In this document: piece after piece, positions 63,352-64,000 of the stretch
Layout of the letters: each line of letters starts with the position of its first letter
Numbering within the stretch: position 1 is the first letter of the stretch
Source: Selaginella moellendorffii
Lineage: Eukaryota > Plantae > Lycopodiophyta
DNA length: 64,000 nt
NCBI RefSeq assembly: GCF_000143415.4
Contig: NW_003314429.1
Location: forward strand, 141,193 to 205,192
Direction of reading: 5' to 3'
Notes under the pieces: model-generated
What the model saw: only the letters and a program-made list of their open reading frames with translations
Database searches by the model: none
What the model was told of the DNA's origin: nothing
Translations under genes and position numbers: made by a program

Positions 63352-63794
63352 GATTGTAAGAGCAGCTGAATGAGAATGGGTTTGTCTCTTTGGACGCTTA
63401 GAATTTATTGAGTTAAGATTGTCCTTCTTCTTGTATGATCGTCCTTTCATTCAAGCAATTAACTAGAGATTCCCTAAACCTTTTTCTAGTGTTTGGGCTA
63501 CGTAGATCGTGAAATACGCCAGATTTCGGTAATGAGAATTCTCTGCATCGGCGTCGGAAAGGCCAGGAAGTCTCTCTTGGTTCGGCATATATACCACATT
63601 TCCTGTCTAGCTTGATACACACGAAGCTCATGTGAGAGCTCCTAAAGTGGACCTTATACTGCCAACTTAATTATTTTCCAAGAACATTTGTAACTAATAC
63701 AGCTAGTTTTGAAGCTTATAGAAAAGACTCAACTGTCAGTCAAGAAGGCCACATCTACCAAAAAATGTCAACAGGACGCCACAAAGTTTGGTAG

Positions 63795-63902
63795 TATACA
63801 TATATATATGTATACATATATATATATATATGTATACATATATATATATATATGTATACATATATATATATATATACATATATATATGTATATATACATA
63901 TA

Positions 63903-63949
<47 letters not shown>

Positions 63950-64000
63950 ATATATATATATACACACACATATATATATATATACACATATATATATATA
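63795..64000. repeat. (TA)n/(TATATG)n microsatellite
   Basis: Directly visible; it produces the YIYI/HIHI shadow ORFs. Confidence 0.95.

Larger units (their letters stand above)
29107..63786 (+). repeat. Segmental duplication unit, copy B
   Basis: Same gene order as copy A, with insertions at 39173-46848 and 55270-60267. Confidence 0.95.

Noticed and set aside
63736-63989. YIYI/HIHI ORFs
   Set aside because: Microsatellite translation artefacts.

Overview
Compact land-plant genomic DNA. The 47-60 bp introns, PLS-class PPR gene and GRDP gene suggest a Selaginella-like lycophyte (inference). The window is mostly two direct copies of one ~21.5-kb unit: copy A 1-21461 and copy B ~29107-63786, B being enlarged by two LTR insertions. 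Unit order: PLS-E PPR gene (+), small secreted 8-Cys gene H1 (+), DUF1399/glycine-rich GRDP gene (-), unknown multi-exon gene X (-), repeat array, intronless 290-aa ORF (+), AT-rich tract, second small secreted 8-Cys gene H2 (-). Four LTR elements are present: two sister Ty3/gypsy copies with ~174-bp LTRs, a 1.8-kb non-autonomous element and a 7.7-kb decayed element. The main observation is that H1 and H2 carry the C-CC-C-C-CC-C cysteine pattern and spacing of fungal class I hydrophobins while being embedded among ordinary plant genes. The second is a GGGAAAC slippery site plus H-type pseudoknot at the gag-pol junction of the gypsy family. All alignments and counts were done by eye and no database was searched. 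Assembly gaps lie at 3825-3941 and 17456-17555.
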